In this document: positions 33,841 to 36,560 of the stretch, piece by piece | Layout: the number at the start of each line of letters is the position of its first letter | How positions within the stretch are numbered: the first letter of the stretch is position 1 | Assembly: GCA_043228905.1 (NCBI GenBank) | Contig: JBHGNT010000307.1 | Location: 1 to 36,560, forward strand | Length of the DNA stretch: 36,560 nt | Direction of reading: 5' to 3' | Origin: Azolla caroliniana | Lineage: Eukaryota > Plantae > Polypodiophyta | Position numbers and translations under genes: made by a program | The notes under the pieces: generated by a model | The model's input: only the letters and a program-made list of their open reading frames with translations | Told to the model about the DNA's origin: nothing | Databases searched by the model: none

Positions 33841-36560
33841 CACAGGATGTAGCTTTTCATCATCACCTTATTGAGAGAGAATGCTACCCAAGGCGAAATC
33901 CGACGCATCTGCTTCAATGACGAATGGTTTTTCTGGATCAACATGAGCTAAAATAGGAGCTGATGTAAATGCCTTCTTAAGACTCTCAAAAGCAATGTCC
34001 GCTTCTTCAGACCAAACGAACGATTTTCCCTTCTTGGTAAGTTGTGTGAGAGGCAGAACAAGCTTTGAGTAATCCTATATGAACTTGTGGTAAAAATTGG
34101 CAAAGCCGAAAAAGCATTGCACATCTCACAACGAACGCGGAGTCTGCCACTCTACCACCATTTTGACCTTAGCTAGATCCATGGAGATGCCTTCTGAGGA
34201 AATGATATAACCCAAAAATTCTACATGGTTGCACCCGAAACTACATTTTTCTAGTTTTGTATAAAGACCATGTTCTCGAAGTTGTTTTAGTACTAACAAT
34301 ACATGAGAATCATGTTCTTCTTGGGTCTTTGAATAAACCAGTAGATCATCCAAATAGATGATCAAAAAATCATCCAAGAGATCTCGGAATATATCATTTG
34401 TCATTAGTGAGGCCGAATGGCATGACTGTATACTCGAAGTGCCCATATCTGGTGCGAAACGCAGTCTTCCATTCATCTCCTGGTTGGATCCGTACGAGGT
34501 TATACACTCCTCGTAAGTCAATCTTTGTGAAGAACCTTGCACCATTGATCCGTTCTAAAAGACTTGAGATAAGGGGAAGTGCATACCCATCCTGATGGTT
34601 ATTTTTTTCAACCCACGGTAATCTACGACGAGACGAAGTGATCCATCCTTTTTCTTGATGAAGAAAATGGGTGCACCGGCTGGAGATTTCGAATGTCGAA
34701 TGAAACCATTTGCCAAATTCTCCTCTATATAGGCTCGAAGGACTTCTAGCTCGGTTGGTGACAAATTGTAGATCGGTCCCCATGGTGGCTCTTTTCCCGG
34801 TTTTAAATCGATGGGGCAATCATACGGTCGATGGTGAGGAAGCATATTAGCTCGTATTTTATCAAACACATCGGCATAATGACGATACTTCTCTGGAAGT
34901 TGAACAATGGACTCCTCTTTATTGATACCGGAGGGGTTTACTGATATTGCGAAGAGAAACATTTCTTCCTTACGTCCTTCCTCACGCAACTGATGTAGCG
35001 AAATGGTTGCAATATTATGAGTAGATCCTCGGGTTTGTCGACACCATATTTCTTTTGTTCTCCAATCTATGGCTGGGTTATGTAATTCAAACCATGGTAA
35101 TCCCAAAACAATGGGATGTTCTGGGATACTAATTATATTAAATGGTACTACACACACTAAGTTATTTAGGACAATATTAATGGGTTCTGACTCTTCTATA
35201 ATATTCCCGGAAGCAATGGGACGACCATCAATGACTACTACAGAGGCTGGACATGGGAGTTTCTTTAGGGATATCTGATGAGCTTGGGCAAAATTCTTAT
35301 CCATGAATCAAGAGTTGGCTCCGAAATCTAAGAGTGCTAAGACATGTACTGGAGGAGTACTTTTAGTACTAACCATTACCTAAACTAAGAACACATTGCT
35401 AACTTGCTTAGAGGAAATGGAACCACTAATGGGCCGCACAGATCTAGGGTTGTCCAACCAAACGGCTCCTATTTTGGATGGACTTAATCGTTTAACTCTT
35501 CTTCTAGTTGACTAAGGATTTCAAATTTTTTTGAAAGATTTGGGCTATTAGGACTATCAGACACACCTAGAGGAATAGACTCGGGTTTAGTACTATTAGT
35601 ACTAGTGGTTATTTGATTTACCTGCCTTTTTGACCAATGGGGGTAGTTCACTGCAATATGCCCCGGTCCACCGTAATAAAGACATAATCAATTTGCCCTG
35701 CGTCGTTGCTTTTCTTCTTCCGATAGTGGTCCACGACGACATGTGGTGTTGATTTCCATTGGAGTCGGAGTATTTGTTGGAGACGTATTGAATGACTGCC
35801 TTGGGAAAGACTTTGCTACGATTGAAGCGTAGGTGGGCTCCGATCTTGTCCGTGGCATTTGGAACTGAGGTTCTGAACGTCGTTCGAAGAGGCGATTATC
35901 GCATCGCACTGCACGACTGATTGCTTCTGTCAATGACTTTGGCTCCTCGGGGAAAGTTAAGAGTAAATCTTTAACATTGTTACGTAGGCCAAAACGAAAT
36001 TGCTCCATTAGTGCATGGTCAACCCAGGGAATATCGGTGGTGAGAAGACAGAAATCTGCAGGATAAGCCGAGGCCGGCCTCACCTTGGCGCAATCTTCGG
36101 ATTTTGTTGATTGTTCTAACACTGTCGGTATCTCCAAAACAGGCTTTAAACTCTGTAATAAACTCTTTGAAATTATTTAACAAGGGAGAGCTTTTTTCTA
36201 ATAGGGGGGCGAACCATGCCAAAGCCATGCTACGAAGTAGAGTGCCTACTAGTCCCACTCGTGATGCATCGATGGGATATCAAGAAGGATGCATTTGAAT
36301 GACTAATCGTACTTGATTAAGGAATCCTCTAAACTACGATCGCGTTCCATCAAATTTCATGGGAAGGCCAATCTTGGGTTCTTTATGAATCCCTTGCGTA
36401 CTGGGTCGTTGTTGTTGCATCGCTACTAAGGTTGCTTTAAGTTGTTGCATGCGTACCACTAGTTCCCCATGTTGTTGTTGCGTCTACTGCTTTTCTAAGG
36501 ATATTTGTTGAAGATCCCCCAACAACCGTTGATTTTCTTGTTCCAAAGCTAGGAACTTCT

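Larger units (their letters stand above)
21036..36560 (-). mobile_element. Ty3/gypsy chromovirus 1 (Tcn1-like), 5' end outside window, interrupted by copia D
   Basis: gag (AWFAPLLE...RCDNRLFER; 36560-35640), protease, RT ([15 protein letters not shown]), RNase H split at HPV|AFHSRKF, integrase, chromodomain (EYEVAAILDS..YLVDWLGY..TWEP), PPT AAAAGGGGGATAG and 3' LTR 21495-21036. Confidence 0.93.

Overview
Repeat-dense nuclear DNA from a land plant, most likely a non-seed plant such as a fern (inferred from Tcn1-type chromoviruses with group-I chromodomains and abundant (AG)n tracts). There are two host genes, head-to-head and about 2.1 kb apart. One is the first three coding exons of the checkpoint kinase ATR (minus strand, 10940 to 9924). 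The other is an intronless 277-aa ORF with a likely plastid transit peptide and a cyanobacterial-like domain of unknown function (13054-13887, plus). The left 9.3 kb is a decayed Ty1/copia element. LINE 3' ends interrupt its 5' LTR, and its RT is interrupted by a hAT-like end plus a 5'-inverted (twin-priming type) L1. From 17169 to the window end is a nest of up to five levels: copia B > copia C > chromovirus 1 > copia D > chromovirus 2 and a solo LTR. Both TSD copies are visible for copia D, chromovirus 2 and the solo LTR. The most unusual signal is that both chromovirus families carry an antisense tRNA-like (Pol III A-box/B-box) cassette at the start of their LTRs. Chromovirus 2 also has a Tf1-type self-priming PBS instead of a tRNA PBS. 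All alignments and family assignments were done by eye; no searches were run.
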